Shown: positions 1 through 14,024, numbered from the stretch's first letter. The stretch is DNA of 64,000 nt from Hormiphora californensis (GCA_020137815.1 CM035355.1:3100001-3164000); one strand, 5' to 3'. Notes: generated from the letters alone by a model not told the origin. Made by a program: numbers and translations.

Positions 1-42
<42 letters not shown>

Positions 43-137
43 ATAGTCTTTGTTGATAGTTACAGCGAATGACAAAACTATCAAACACAAAGGATACGAT
101 TTGGGGAATCTACGGAAGTATCTACCTAACTCGAATC

Positions 138-207
<70 letters not shown>

Positions 208-443
208 TCTCTTACGGGATAGATCACCAATAAGCCCATCCACTAAGTGATACTCTGACTAACACGGTATTAGTTGGCAAACCCCAACCACCAACCTATA
301 AATCAAAGATTATCTCGTTAAGAGCAAGTGACGAGTGATGAATCTGAGTTGAACGCTCTCAGAGGGCGGAGTTCAGATGTTTTTAATTATTTTATTTGTT
401 ACAGTCTACAGGCATGTTTCTAATTATTTCATTTGTTACAGGC

Positions 444-3400
444 ATGGCCATGGCACGATCAGATAATGGTGTCCTAACTATGTACCTGGGTCCTGAAAGC
501 TGTACAGTTGGTGCACTAGCTGGCCTCAATAGGACTCTATTTGTGGACTTCAAAAACGATATCAAGCGAAATCTTCCTAAACAGGTGGGATTTTCTTTGT
601 TAAATTCGATCATAACATTTGATGACACTAAAATTGACATAAAATGACCTCTCTCCGTTTCTCTAGTTCCTCACATCACCCCATTCTCTCAGTCAGATCT
701 CCAGGAGTCGCTATGGGAAGGGAAAGTAGATCAAATCTCAAAGTGTGATCCGCCACCCGACTCCATAAACCCATATAAACCTGAGACAGCGCTACACTGG
801 AGTCAGATAGCATACGATAGTAAGAGGACTGTTGAGTTGGAATACTGTTCTGAATTTGGTAGTTACCACAGTGGTAGAGGAATGTTTAGGAACCAGGGTC
901 TGGGGGAGGAGATAGAGGACCGGTGTAGGAGAGAGGTGGAGGCAATGGACTGTTTTTCGGTAGGATATTATACATAGTTGACAGTTGACAATTTATCACC
1001 TGTAAATTTAGATCAACAAAATATACCAATTTACTCAATTTCAAATTACCAGGGAATGGCATTTGTGGCCGACAGAGATCAGTCAGGTTGGAATGGCGTG
1101 TTATCCTCTCTTTTCCCCCTTCTTGATGATGCCTACGGGAAACGATCCAAGTTCACCCTCTCCGTCGGAGGAAATGAGACACCTGGATTGTTTGAGTTTG
1201 ATTCTCTTTCCTCAGAATCAGTTTGCTCCTTCATAAACACATCTCAGCTGAAGGGTCAGTGTGCTCCTTCATAAATACATCCAAACTAAAAGTGCTCCTT
1301 TATAAAGTTTTCTTTCCCTTCCAGGTTTTACTGGACTACTAAACAAGGATATAACATACCACCGGGCTGCTCTAGTTTCCTTATTCCTCCGCCAATGTGA
1401 TGCTTGTTACAGTGGCACTCATTTTAAAGAAGTCCTATCTTATCTTTCTCCCCTCTCCCGGAATATTGTAACAAGCTTTCTTGGTAAGGAATCAATACCA
1501 CTTCTATCTATCTTGCAAAGTAAAGCGTTATCGCCGGCACTAGGAGAGTAGCCCCCCCCCCCCCCCGTCAGGAACTACCACAGGCAGGTTCACGTTATAA
1601 GTGGTGGGACCGGGATTGTACTCTCCTCCGAAAGTCGCAAGACTTTTTGTTCATGTTGTATTTATGTCCTAGCTCAGTGACTTATCCCTATGCGACAAGC
1701 AGGGATAAAGTCTTGTTTGAGCTCTCTATATCTTCCTGATTTTGGCTTTTGAGAATTAGTGCTCTCTCTAAATTTTTATGGCATCCGTATGTTCCCCATT
1801 AGTGAGTTGTTACACGCGATAAGCGACTTCAGAACACAAGGATTGTCGCTATATTTACCTGTTTAACAAAGTCATCTACTTTGGAATGGGTAAGGGTGGG
1901 GGAGGTGGAGGAGTGGGGTGGGTGGAGGTGTGGGTAGAGGCAAATAATAGAGACTAAATGTGGCTACATATTATGATTTGTTTAGTCGCTGGATATACCA
2001 TGGTCGGGAGTTCGCTGGGTAAACCCAAGATCGCTCGTAATACGAGATCGGCGAGCGGTGTAACAAGAGATACGTCTTGCTATGCAACTCTTATCATCTT
2101 ACGAGCAAAACTTCGCCGTAATTCCAATATCATTCTGTTGTAGTAGTATGGACAAATTGAGACTCGTTCAATTACAGGATCAATAATTACGGGAATTTTC
2201 GCCGTACAACGGCATCATCAGCTCAAATTGATATGTTTAAATTAGTGTTGAACAGTTTGAAACTGTTTCAAACTTTTCGAGCTGGACAACCAAACAATTA
2301 ATTCCAATATCGATACACATTGTCTTGTTTTCAGTTAATTACAATGGTATTTCACACTTCATGTCCACCAAATTCTCGTTACAGACTACAATTTGCCAAT
2401 ATTTGTGTGAGCTTTGGTTACTCTGGAGATGCTAGTATGACAGGGATAGCCCTATTAGGAGCTCCGACTGGGGGTTCGTGGGCTGTGAGTGTTTGGGGTT
2501 CTGCTGGACGAGTGGGCTGTCTCAGTGCACAAGCACGTGAAACACCTATAGGGAAGGATGAACTCGGGGGGATGAATCTTAGTACTCGATCTCGAAGACA
2601 ATAAAACAACACGGTTCACCACGGTATGAACATCAAAGTACGAAGTTTGGGACACAACACTAAAATAGATGGAAATAGGGACGGTCACACTTTTCACTCA
2701 TTCTTCGCTTCTTAAATACTCCTAAGATTCATTTACTACACATCACGTGACTGTCTAGTCTACCAAGCTTGGAACCGTGCTTCACCAGGTCCGAAGTTTT
2801 CCGGGTCTGCCGTGCCGACAGCTACCGCTAACTGTCAACAATCGGCTAGCCCGACCAGCTCATTTTCCCTATAACTCGGACCCGGTACTACCACTCGTCT
2901 CTGCGTCTCCGTAACTCAACAACAGCGATTTACACAACTCACAAGCATAAACCGTCAAGTACTGTTGTCTCGACTGGTGGACATTTACAGGACATGACAA
3001 CTGAAATAGTGCGACTGCGGTAGATGGCTTCTTCACACTAGTTCTGCTGGGAACCCAAGCTACCAGTCAAACAGATACCAACAATACAGAGACAGAGACA
3101 TAGACATATATTCAATAAGGGGGCTCTTGCATACTCCACATTTGTTCATTGTTCTTACTCCTCATTGTCTCTACCACAGAACCTCCTTGCCACACGTTTC
3201 ACTACGCCCCACAGAGCCTGCCTCATACTGGCTTGTACTAGGACAAGTACCCAACTAATCAGTGCGGCATGTATTGCTATTGGGAGCAAGAGGAACATGT
3301 ACAGCAATAGTGTTTGACTTCCCAGCCATTGGTAAAGGCGAAGGTAGATAGCCGGGAGTACGTCCCGGTTAATCGACCAGATGAAATTTTCAACATTTAT

Positions 3401-5367
3401 CACCATAGTGAAGGAGAAGCAGAAGAGATCGACAAGGAGTGTGGAGCAGACTATTCGAATAGTTAGGGCGATGTTTTCAAGTAGGGCAGCGTTACCACCA
3501 TCAACAAGGGGAGTGACCTCAGAACAGTTGTTGCTAAACCGTCGGTACAGAACACTTAGATATACCACCATGGCAACAGAGACCACGATAATCATAGCTT
3601 GTAAGAAGATAGATAGAGTCACCATAAAAAGTTTCGAGTAGTCAACTTTTACTCCGCAAAACTTTTTAAAGTAGCACACCTGCACGGTGACAGAAACAAC
3701 CAAGGCTCCAATCCAAATACACCAAATTAGGGTTTTCAGCCGGTGACGTTGGACTTCATCTCTATTGAAAATAGACGAGGGGCGGACGATACACAGAAGT
3801 CTAAAGAGGTAAATGGATAGTAGGAGTGCAGGCCGAGCAATAGCCAAGACATCTATCATTATGACCAAGAATGACTTCACCACATCTCCTGCGTTCCAAA
3901 TGGGAATGAGGAAGAGGATGTCGAGACACGCCATGATGTTCACAGCACAGATGTGTAGATAGAGGGTCGAGGTGATAGGGAGGTTACTCCACCGGTGACA
4001 TCGGGCAAAGATTGTCACCACCAGAAGTAGGCTGCTCACAAGGCCCAGGACGCACATCGTTATGGTTAGGGGTTTGAGAGCATACCGAGCAAAGTCGCTT
4101 CCCGAAGATGTTACTGTTTCTGGATCAGACATCGTCGCAAAGTTATTGTCCATGTTGACGAACACTGGGAGCAGACTTTCAGAAGTTGCTGCACTAACGA
4201 CGACCAAGAGGAAATGAAATGTTTAACTTCTCGTGATCGTATAGGCAACTGACGTTCAATAGTCTCGCCGTTCCTTCTCAGTTACAAGTTTCAACATTCA
4301 ACAAGGCACGATGCATTGTTGGTAATACTACTCCCCTACTATAACTCACTACCTAGGTTTACAATTTATCAATACCAATTCTTGGAATGTTCAGAAGATA
4401 GCCAAGCGTTTAGTTTATCACACAGCGACTCAATCCCTCCTTGTCACTAACTAAACCCTATCTTGTTTCAGGTGTCCCTTTTGACAGCGAAAAACACGGC
4501 CAAGATTTGGAGTCATTGCTTCAACCGAAAGTGTTTGAGCCACTTCTTACACCAATCTCACTGTACAGCACCAAGGTATTAAGTATATCTTTAGACTCCA
4601 AATTACTGCATTATATATGCTCTTTTTGTTTAATCATCAGTCTCTATAATCCTGTTTTAACATCCTTCCCTCCCCCTCCAGATCACCGCACCTCTACATC
4701 TCAGCTACCTCGCTATCTCCGGTCTTGATACCCTCCCAACCCCTGGAGCATTTTTCTCCGCTCTCTCAACGATTCTCCCAACATCTCCTCTCTTGGGTAG
4801 CGGGACACGTTACAGTTATAGTGGTGAATCTATACCCCTCCCTGAGCTGTTCCCTCAATTCTTTGGCGCTAAAGTCCTTGAAAACGGTAATGTTGTGTGA
4901 TCAATAAACTATTGAACTAGAGAGTGGAGAACTGATAAAAGGGAACACGTAACTTGGTAACAACAAGTTTATTAATCGAATGTTTCCTTTCAGGTGTTTT
5001 GAAGGCACCCAATCAGAAGGCAAGGAGCAGGCCCGTCAGTTCCTTACCCACTGCATCACTGCTACAAAACAGCAAACAATCAGTTGAAATCTTAGTAGAT
5101 AAGGTCGGAATTATTCTTCAACCACCACTCCCAAGCAAAGTGGGAGAAGTTTAAACACGCCCCTCCCCACTCCCAGTTCACCCCTGTTTTTATCTAACTC
5201 CCTCCCCTCGAGACAGCAGCTATAACAACACCAACCCCCAGGTTCTTGCTAAGAAGGTTGATGTAAATAAGAGTAGCGAGTTGCTGAACGCTGGGATTCT
5301 TCCTGAGGACATTACAGACATCAGACAGAGAATTGAGGAGTTACGGGAAAACTATCAGATGGAGTAG
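444..5367 (+). CDS. MSTO1: Misato (tubulin/FtsZ-like) homologue, multi-exon (approx. exons 444-583, 667-959, 1053-1253, 1325-1483, 4472-4575, 4682-4886, 4994-5103, 5242-5367)
   Basis: The spliced translation gives VLTMYLG, LWEGKV, EEIEDRCRREVEAMDCFSGMAFVADRDQSGWNGV..LLDDAYGKR, LLTPIS, FPQFF and a C-terminal NAGILPEDI..IEELRENY. These match the order and character of misato motifs. GT-AG junctions join the frames. Confidence 0.8.
3155..4153 (-). CDS. Intronless orphan 7-TM (rhodopsin-like GPCR-type) protein nested antisense in the long misato intron
   Basis: Long ORF with about seven hydrophobic segments, a TM3-end YLFRLLCIVRP (DRY-like position) and W in TM4. First ATG is at 4153 (MDNNFATM). 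Confidence 0.7.
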   Translation of the reverse strand: MDNNFATMSDPETVTSSGSDFARYALKPLTITMCVLGLVSSLLLVVTIFARCHRWSNLPITSTLYLHICAVNIMACLDILFLIPIWNAGDVVKSFLVIMIDVLAIARPALLLSIYLFRLLCIVRPSSIFNRDEVQRHRLKTLIWCIWIGALVVSVTVQVCYFKKFCGVKVDYSKLFMVTLSIFLQAMIIVVSVAMVVYLSVLYRRFSNNCSEVTPLVDGGNAALLENIALTIRIVCSTLLVDLFCFSFTMVINVENFIWSINRDVLPAIYLRLYQWLGSQTLLLYMFLLLPIAIHAALISWVLVLVQASMRQALWGVVKRVARRFCGRDNEE

Positions 5368-5711
5368 AGAGAGGGAGAGATAGAGAGAGGGAGAGACTGT
5401 GCACTTTTTTAAGAGACCACATCTTTAACAGAGGCATATCTGTATATTTTGTATTTGACTTCTTTTTTTTGTAAAACGTGCCTTCCAACTTTGTACTCAA
5501 GTCCAATTAGTGTGTTTAGTCCGATCAGTCTGATTAGTCTCCAAGTGAAGGTGAATACTCTAGCAACAATTTGGTGGGACTTCAAGAAGGGAACAAGCGG
5601 ATGACTATCTCTAACGAAGAGGCTGCAATACAGTGGTATAAAGTACAACATGTGTGCTAGAAAAACAGTGGTATCATTGTCATCATCTTGACTCTTTGAG
5701 ATTTGTACCTT

Positions 5712-5907
<196 letters not shown>

Positions 5908-5956
5908 TCTTACTACTCCATCTCTATACCCGACGCAAGCACACTCTCGCTTCGAA

Positions 5957-8900
5957 ATGGTTGGTTTTCGTTCCACCTTGATGAGCCTCTTTAAAAAGGT
6001 CTTTAAGATTCTTCTTTGTTCTGAGCTTTTTCGGAAATATATCGTCTTTAGATGGGTGAGTGTGAAAGAGAGTGAGAGAAAAAGGAAGAGATAGAGAGAA
6101 GGAGAAGGAGAGAGAGAAAGAGTCCCAATAACTTCAACTAAATTATTGTTCAGCTTGGTATCAAGGCTGATGATAGTTTACAGACTTCCCCAGAGCGACC
6201 CTTGTTACATTCTGTTGTCAAGGTAACATTCCCTCCTTAGTAACCACATTCCCTCCTGAGTAACAACATTCCCTCCTTAGTAACCACATTCCCTCCTTAG
6301 TAACCACATTCCCTCCCTATAGCAACCACATTCCCTCCCTAGCAACCAACCCTGATCCAACTAATAACCCCTGATATCTCCAGGCTAAAGGTCGGGTTTA
6401 CCATTTACCAGCGTTTGCCAACCAGTACCGTATAGACACCCTCCAACCACTGCGGCCAAGTGATGTTGTGGTGGTTACATACCCCAAATCAGGGACCCAC
6501 CTGTGTAGTTACATTGTAAAGTTACTAGCTGAACCTAGACAGAAGATAATGCCAGATAGAATGATGTTACCTTTCCTAGAGATGATGCCCCAGGTAGTTG
6601 GGGAATTTTTTTAGCAGATATCACGTGATTAGTTCCCAGATATCACGTGATTAGTTCTCAGATATCACGTGATTAGTTCTCAGATATCACGTGATATTAG
6701 TTCTCAGATATCACGTGATATTAGTTCTCAGGTATCCAGTGGATTCCCTTGGTAACTCCCATGTTAAACAAGGAGATGAAACTGGGGGGTTGGAGTTACC
6801 TCATATCTCAGTACGGCAAATAATATCTTTGTATCAGAATTCTCAGAATGAACAGTTGGGCTATAGCAGTTGATCACGTCATATTAATTGTTATCACGTG
6901 ATTAGTTCTCAGATATCACGTGATTAGTTCTCAGATATCACGTGATTAGTTCTCAGATATCACGTGATTAGTTCTCAGATATCACGTGATTAGTTCTCAG
7001 ATATCACGTGATTAGTTCTCAGATATCACGTGATTAGTTCTCAGATATCACGTGATTAGTTCTCAGATATCACGTGATTAGTTCTCAGATATCACGCGAT
7101 TAGTTCTCAGATATCACGTGATTAGTTCTCAGATATCACGTGATTAGTTCTTAGATATCACGTGATTAGTTCTCAGATATCACGTGATTAGTTCTCAGAT
7201 GTCACGTGATTAGTTCTCAGATATCACGTGATTAGTTCTTAGATATCACGTGATTAGTTCTCAGATATCACGTGATTAGTTCTCAGATGTCACGTGATTA
7301 GTTCTCAGATATCACGTGATTAGTTCTCAGATATCACGTGATTAGTTCTCAGATATCACGTGATTAGTTCTCAGATATCACGTGATTAGCACGTGATTAG
7401 AGAGTGGTGTATCATTTACCAGTTTCATTCATAGTGTAGTGTGGCCCAGGGCCCTGTAGTGGCTTAATTAAATGAGTTACCGAATACAAATGACTAGCAG
7501 ATAATATTGATTCTTCCTGCTAGGTGAGGATTGATGCAGTACCAAATGATGTTATCCGATATTTCAAGTCTCACCTTCCTTTTGATCTACTACCTATCAC
7601 ACCCCAGGTACCCCCAACTGCTATAGTTTTTTATTTAACGAAATCCATTAGTCACTAAATTTTCGAATCATGTAAATATTTTTATTTTTGGTCGAATAAA
7701 CATAATTCATTTACATACGTGTATTCTGTTCTACAATATCCATTGATAGGAATACAGTTCATTTTTTTTGACAGAAAACTCACTCCGAACATCTTGAGTT
7801 CCCTGTATGAAAAGTTGGTTCCAGAGAACTGTTTTAAACTGTTATTGGTGCTGGCATGAAATAAAGCATACACCAGGTGGAGCCGCTAGTACTTTTGGAT
7901 GAATTATAAGAGTCGATTACATGTCAATACCTTGTTGGGCGGTGCGCTCGAAACACAGTCTAGCTAGGCAATCAATACCCTACAAACACGATTACAACAA
8001 TGCTATTCAATAGCAGAGACTGTGTTTTCATTTGAAATGACCTGTTGGCTCCTTCTTCCGTTCTTTTATCGATTAGACACTCAGAGAACTTGCCAATCGC
8101 AACGTGTACGATCTCAGGATATATTGAATCGTCAAATAATATGTCACCTGACCTGTAGATTTCATTCAGAAACTCGATCATGGTGTCAGTGCTAAATTGG
8201 CGCTTTGACCGTCCACCGGCAGCTGCTGTTTTCATGACTTTCTCCCTCATCCCATCCCAAACTGGGGCACCGTCACATTGATCAGACTTGGAGGTTAGTG
8301 CACATAGCACTGATTGTGCAAAATCAACAAGAGGCAAGGGATCTTTGATAAAATCGTTGATCGTTTGCTTCAGCAGAAATTCACGTCCACATGTTTTTGT
8401 CGTTGATTTTCGGGCCAAGGCAAATCTGATGAGTGATTTTGTATAATCTTGCTTATCGAAACAAAACCTTTGTTTGTTAACTTCCGCAAAGAATTTCACA
8501 GTAGGATCACCAATCACTTGATCAGACCATTCAACATCCCCCGTGCAAAGATATTCCTTGACGAATCTTACTAAGAACTGCCTTTGTTGTTGGTTGAGAC
8601 TCCTTGAAGATACCTGTCCTGTCAGAATTACCACCAAGCATAATGTGGTGAATAGGGCCATCATTCTATAGATGTGTTTAGTTTTAAATTTAATAAAGTA
8701 AACTTTAAAAACTTGCCAGTGTCCCTGTTGAGTGTTGCAGCAAAAGATAAAACATTTATTTTGTACCAATATGAAATCACATTATAAGGAATAACACGAC
8801 GCGATAATATAAGTACGAACTCTGAGTAATATATAGTGGCTCTTGAGCTGAAAGTGAACAGCTGCCTTTTACTATAATCGTTTTTAGAATCCCGGCCTTA

Positions 8901-10304
8901 CTCGGGGATTACTCGGTTTTTACTCCCCACCTGTCCCTACTATAATCGTGGTTATTACTCAGGAATCAGGTGGCATATCATATATGCTGAGAGTGTTCAG
9001 TTATTTACTTTTAGTATTTTCTTCATAACTATCTACTCATCTTGGACCTGTCTGGCGCCGCGACCCATCTGAGCGCACTGTCGCCCAATTTGAGAATCAA
9101 ATGGGGTATGGCGCCGTCATACAGTCTTGGACGGGTCAAAATCAAAGTACACATTTAGGAAATACCATAGATTCGATCCAAAAAAGTATGTAATATATGA
9201 GAACGTGCACTATGTTGCCAGACCAACCGAAAGGAACCGAACCCCTGAACTAGTACATACCGTACTTTCGTCGTAGCCACGGAACGTCTATCTGAACCTC
9301 TTTACCATCCCCCCACCCAGGCCCAAACACCACAAAACGACCCTCCACGTCTAACACCGATACATTTTCCTCCAGAATAAAGTGGTATTCTGTCTGCGAG
9401 ACCCCCTTGATATTTGTCTCTCCTACTACAAATTCACCAAGACTCTTGACATCCTCACCGGTCAGTTAACCAACTATTGTATTTTGTTAGAGAGTTAGCA
9501 CTAAACACAGTGTTTATTCAGCAACCACTAAAACAATAACCACTCTGTCCCTCTAGGTACCGTTAACCACGTCCCTGTCCCTCTAGGTCCCGTTACCCTC
9601 TCCTTTGACGAGTGGTTTGAGGATTTTATAGCGGGTTACCAGTGCTACGGCGACTGGTTCGATTATATTCTTCCCTATTGGCAGAGTAACCTACCTAATA
9701 TACTGATTATAACATACGAAGGTAATAAAACGGGGTTGTACATTTAGCAGGGAAGTTTTTTTGGGGCCTGGGGGAGAGTGCTCCCGTATTAAAACCTTGA
9801 TCCCGAGAAGTTATAATCATAATCGTGGAAAATAGTGTACTCAAATATCAAACAATTTGATAATACCCGATAGAAATTCTGAGTGAACCGGAGCTAACGA
9901 TTGGAAAGATTGGGAAATTTCTCGGATTTGCACCAACACCGGCCGAGATATTGGAGATAAGAGAGAAAATCCGCTTTGGAAATATGAAAAAGGTAGATCC
10001 TCCTTTTCATTTGTAAAACTAATGTACTTGCTTATATCCAGTAAAATTTAGAATTTAATTTACCTTACCGTGCTCGACCCTCACCGCACCCTCTTGTAAA
10101 ACTAAAGGAGGGTTAGAATATATATTTACCCCCTCCCCACTGCAGGAGATGATCTCTAAGGGTACTGCCCAGGCAGCCAACATTATGGGATCAGGGAAGA
10201 GTGGAAGGGGACGAGACTCCCTGACTGACAGGCAGATGAGGTTGTTTACCGAGAAATTCAGGGCAAAGACAGCCGGGACTGGGTTCAACTTGTACAAATA
10301 TTAG
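5957..10304 (+). CDS. PAPS-dependent sulfotransferase (SULT family); approx. exons 5957-6055, 6154-6222, 6384-6593, 7524-7607, 9376-9460, 9587-9721, 9874-9992, 10146-10304
   Basis: 5'-PSB motif [12 protein letters not shown], catalytic KSHLP, 3'-PB motif [22 protein letters not shown], and a degenerate GxxG (GKSGRGR). Confidence 0.9.
6225..6348. repeat. Intronic ~20-bp minisatellite (taaccacattccctccttag)
   Basis: About six tandem copies visible. Confidence 0.85.
6617..7400. repeat. Intronic 22-bp minisatellite (gatatcacgtgattagttctca) interrupted by a 160-bp dispersed-repeat fragment
   Basis: More than 25 near-identical tandem units. The 6737-6895 insert matches 33449-33606. Confidence 0.9.
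7972..8664 (-). CDS. Intronless secreted, possibly GPI-anchored protein of unknown function, nested antisense in a sulfotransferase intron
   Basis: ~230-aa ORF from [20 protein letters not shown] (signal peptide), with six further Cys, an RSKR furin-type site and a hydrophobic C-terminus [14 protein letters not shown]. It lies inside intron 7608-9375. Confidence 0.7.
   Translation of the reverse strand: MMALFTTLCLVVILTGQVSSRSLNQQQRQFLVRFVKEYLCTGDVEWSDQVIGDPTVKFFAEVNKQRFCFDKQDYTKSLIRFALARKSTTKTCGREFLLKQTINDFIKDPLPLVDFAQSVLCALTSKSDQCDGAPVWDGMREKVMKTAAAGGRSKRQFSTDTMIEFLNEIYRSGDILFDDSIYPEIVHVAIGKFSECLIDKRTEEGANRSFQMKTQSLLLNSIVVIVFVGY
9048..9124. mobile_element. 77-bp mini-MITE with 8-bp TSD
   Basis: Termini ctgtctggcg...cgtcatacag with direct repeat tcttggac at 9040-9047 and 9125-9132. 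An inverted second copy lies at 61282-61359. Confidence 0.75.
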
Positions 10305-10509
10305 CTGCTGCCGGCTGAGGAAATAACAATTGAGTGGATAGGATGTTTGAACTTTTATTGCTTGATTAATCGAATATGTTTACATTCTTTATCTTATTTT
10401 AAAGCGATGGTCTGGATGGTTCTATGTGAACAAAATTAATGTCCAATAACATCTGGGTTCCTGTTATTCACAAATCAACACAAGATCCCTCCCTATCAGC
10501 TAGCAATAT

Positions 10510-13419
10510 ATGGCGCCCAAAGGATGCGGGCTAGTACAGAAACCCGTTGTCTACATATACGGTACGGGGTGGGGTTCTATAATTGCAGAACTCCTTGTGT
10601 TACAAGGGTTTGAGATAGCTGGAATGTGGAGTTATGATGAGCTAGAGTTGGAGAGGTTGAGGACTAAACTTAATATCGGGTAATTGTCCCTACTCACGAA
10701 ATACCCTGAACTGGGCCGAAACTACACTGTCAACAGTGTATTGTGCGAGAAGGACCAATCATTTTGTATGCCATCTTGTGAGTTGTGTTCTCACTCTGAT
10801 ACCCCTCGCACTTTCCATTTCTAATCAATTGATCCCCGAAGTCCCAACAGCCCTTTCAATATCTACAGATACTGTACAATGGATAAGGATGAGCTGCTAA
10901 GCTACCAAAACACACACCGGAGTAGGTCCAGTGTAGTGTGGATAGCAACACCTCCCTTCCAACTGGCTTACATTGCTAAAGAGATCCTGACTTTATCAAA
11001 CAATATTGTAGTAGAGACACCGGGAGGTAGGTGTCAGGGTGGTGTGGTGGGAGACAGGGGGAGGTAGGTGAAATGGGAAGAGGGAAGAGGTAGGAGAAAG
11101 GGGAGAGGGCCGAGAGGTTGGTAAGGGGGAAGGTGCAGAAGGGAGAAGGAAGAGATGAGGTATAGTTATTTCAACCTCCTTCACTTATGTTATCAGTTAC
11201 ACCACCTCCCCGACAGCGTCCAGTGTTGCAGAAGCTGAGGAGCTGTATAACGGTGCGTCCCAGTTCGCTACGTGGCTGTGTACGTGCCCCTACCAGCTCA
11301 GATACCTACCTGATGTGATTAGAATGAGGGACCTGATCAACGAACAGAGCTGTGGACTTGTCACCAGTGTCGAGGTAGGTTGGGGTGGGGAACAATGGGG
11401 CGGAGGGGGGACAATGAGGTTGATCTTTACTCTTTAGTTGATACTTTCAAATTTCAATTCCCATCGCTTTTCTAAATTCCTCCTCTTGTTCTAGGTGCGA
11501 CTCCACTGTAACAAGACTAAGGTTTGCGGCTCTAAGTACAGTTGGAAGTATGATAAGAGCAGGTGTGGGGGAGCACTAAACATGTTTGGGTGTCACATAA
11601 TTGATATACTCAACTACCTCCTAAATGAAAAGGTATTGATAGTTACTATATCATTCATTTTGCGTGTTCGGTGCGTCCTCTACTACTTTCGAAAAGGTCA
11701 TCCTCCAGACGCAGCAATCACCAACAAACATCATTCAGTGTGTGTTTAGTAAATAAATAACGAGGAAAATGATTACTTGAACCAACATTATTAAACTCCA
11801 ACCCCACCTAAATTATGCACTATATTGTGTACTACTAACACATTGAACCCTGCCCCAGGTTGAATCAGTGTTTGGTTCCCAGGAGTGTTTAATGAAACAG
11901 AATCTGGATGAGATTCACTCAGTAACAGCGGATACTGTGTGTAACTTTGATCTGAAATATCATCAGAGGTCGGCCAAGAAGACGTTCCTGGATGATAGTG
12001 TTGTCGCATGGGTGAGTGTAACTTGTTGTATGGGTGTTACATGTAGCCTGAGTAATACATATTATAAGTGTTATATTAGTAACGACGCCGTTTTTGTGAA
12101 AGCTGGGATCAGTTTGGTTATAGAGGGAGCTCCCGGGAGGGGGGTATTTGGTCGAACATTCAACAATTGTCTGTCTACCTTTTTTCTCATTCTATAAATC
12201 ATAATGGCAGTTAATAACCGCCCCCCCTTCTGTCAGGTGCATATCAACATGTGTTATCCTGACACGATATTTGAGCAGCGTATAACGGTCCTGACCACAG
12301 AGTGTGCACTTGTGTTAGAGAACAGTACTCTCTCAATTACACCTTTCGAGTAAGTAGCACGGAGAGAAAACCCTTTCTATGGGTAGTGATCGTTCAGGAA
12401 TGGCAGATTTACCGATCAAATCGCGATTGGATATCGGGCATATTAAGTTATTAAATCACGATTTAGCTGGCGTTTTTCGTTATCAATTGGTTAGCCACTC
12501 CATAACAGTTCCCACAAGTTAATAGTTCCTAGATATTCCTTACCACACATTTCCCAGGGACCACCCTCAGCACGCGGACCTAGTTGGAACCCTCACCCGC
12601 CACCACCAGCCCCTATTGGAGGGTCTAGAAACGGACCCTGGGCAACCTGCACCTTACATACTGGGAATGAAACATTTCATAGCAAAACTGCCATCATTTA
12701 TCGCTAAACTGCCCTCTCGACTACCCGCACCATCTGATGAGTGAGTTATCAAATCAGTTAGTAAATAAATCAATTAGTAAGGTATCGGAGCCCCATTTTA
12801 TGCCCTGAATGGGAAGTTTTACTGTACCTGATAATTCCTTCACCAATGTGTTCCCAAGGGTCTCTACTAACACCACAGAAAACCCTAAAATCGGGTAAGC
12901 GGTGCAACACCTTCATTTCCGGGTTATTGTGCATGCGCACCATGTGCGTTGGGCGAGAAACTGAAAATCGTAAAAATCTGAGTTTTGGACCCGTAAATTA
13001 TCTACCCCGACCGGAAACATCGTGTTAGTGGGAGTAGAGCATGTCAGATTTGCTAATGAGATAATTACATAATTAGTGGACTAATTATCGACAATTCTTA
13101 AAAATTGGAGTTTGGATCCGGAAAATGACCATACCCGGTAACCCTCAGAGCCTACTAAATAACCCTCCCAGATATACGTGTTAGTTTCAAGTCTCTGTGT
13201 CTATTCCAAATTGTGTGACTCTGTTGTTAATCCTTTCTTCCTCCCAGGAGTGGACCTAAAACTGGACTAGATTCCCTGCAACACATAATGAAGGTGATGA
13301 AGTTAATTAGGGAATCGAGCGAGAAGAAGACTCGGATGTATGTGAAAGAGAGAAAGTACACGGTGAATGACAAGAAAAACAATCACACGAAGAGTGTGCG
13401 ATCATCGAAGAATCCATGA
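10510..13419 (+). CDS. GFO/IDH/MocA-family oxidoreductase (GFOD1/2-like), multi-exon
   Basis: Rossmann VYIYGTGWG, VWIATPP, NIVVETP (EKP position), YQLRYLP and YSWKYDKSRCGGALNMFGCHIIDILNYL. About eight exons with GT-AG joins. Confidence 0.75.
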
Positions 13420-14024
13420 ACTCGACACAAATGTGATGTGGTGTCTCTTTTATTTATTTAAGTTGTTGTTTTTTGTTTAATATTACGAGAGTTAAGTATG
13501 TTTTCTATTTTATTTCTTCACCAAATCACCCAAACTGATGTTTACCCAGTGTCCCTGTCCCTGTCACACTTCTGGTCGGTATTGGTTGTAACGCGCAGTG
13601 CAAGACAAGGTAAGAATCACACAATTATGGTGCGCGGCAGACCTTCAGCGTGGGAAATGAATGGTTCTCGAGAAGTTTGGATTTTCCGCGCGCGCTCTGA
13701 CAAGCGACAATTGTCTCAGCCTTGGAAGATCCCTTGATTCCTGGATTCATGTTTCAAGAAGCCTCCCGGGTGTCTTAAATAATGGTCGGGGCGTCTCCCC
13801 AGATGATATATTCCGGACGCTAGCATGTACTTGATCGGTAGAAAATGATCGATTAAAAGCGCCATGATTGTCGGTGTCTGGGCTGTGGCGTGAGAATTTG
13901 TGAGAATGATCGAGTAAATGACATCTCCGCTCCCCGCCCTAGTAATCCTTGTTTCAGACGCCCTTGAAGAGCTGAACTGAGATTACAGAGTCAGAGAGAA
14001 ATAGAGAAACTTGAGAAAATGACC

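Noticed and set aside
6895-7400. Regular repeat arrays resembling CRISPR (also 22715-23290, 54498-54872)
   Set aside because: Head-to-tail units without unique spacers, in eukaryotic introns, with no cas genes.
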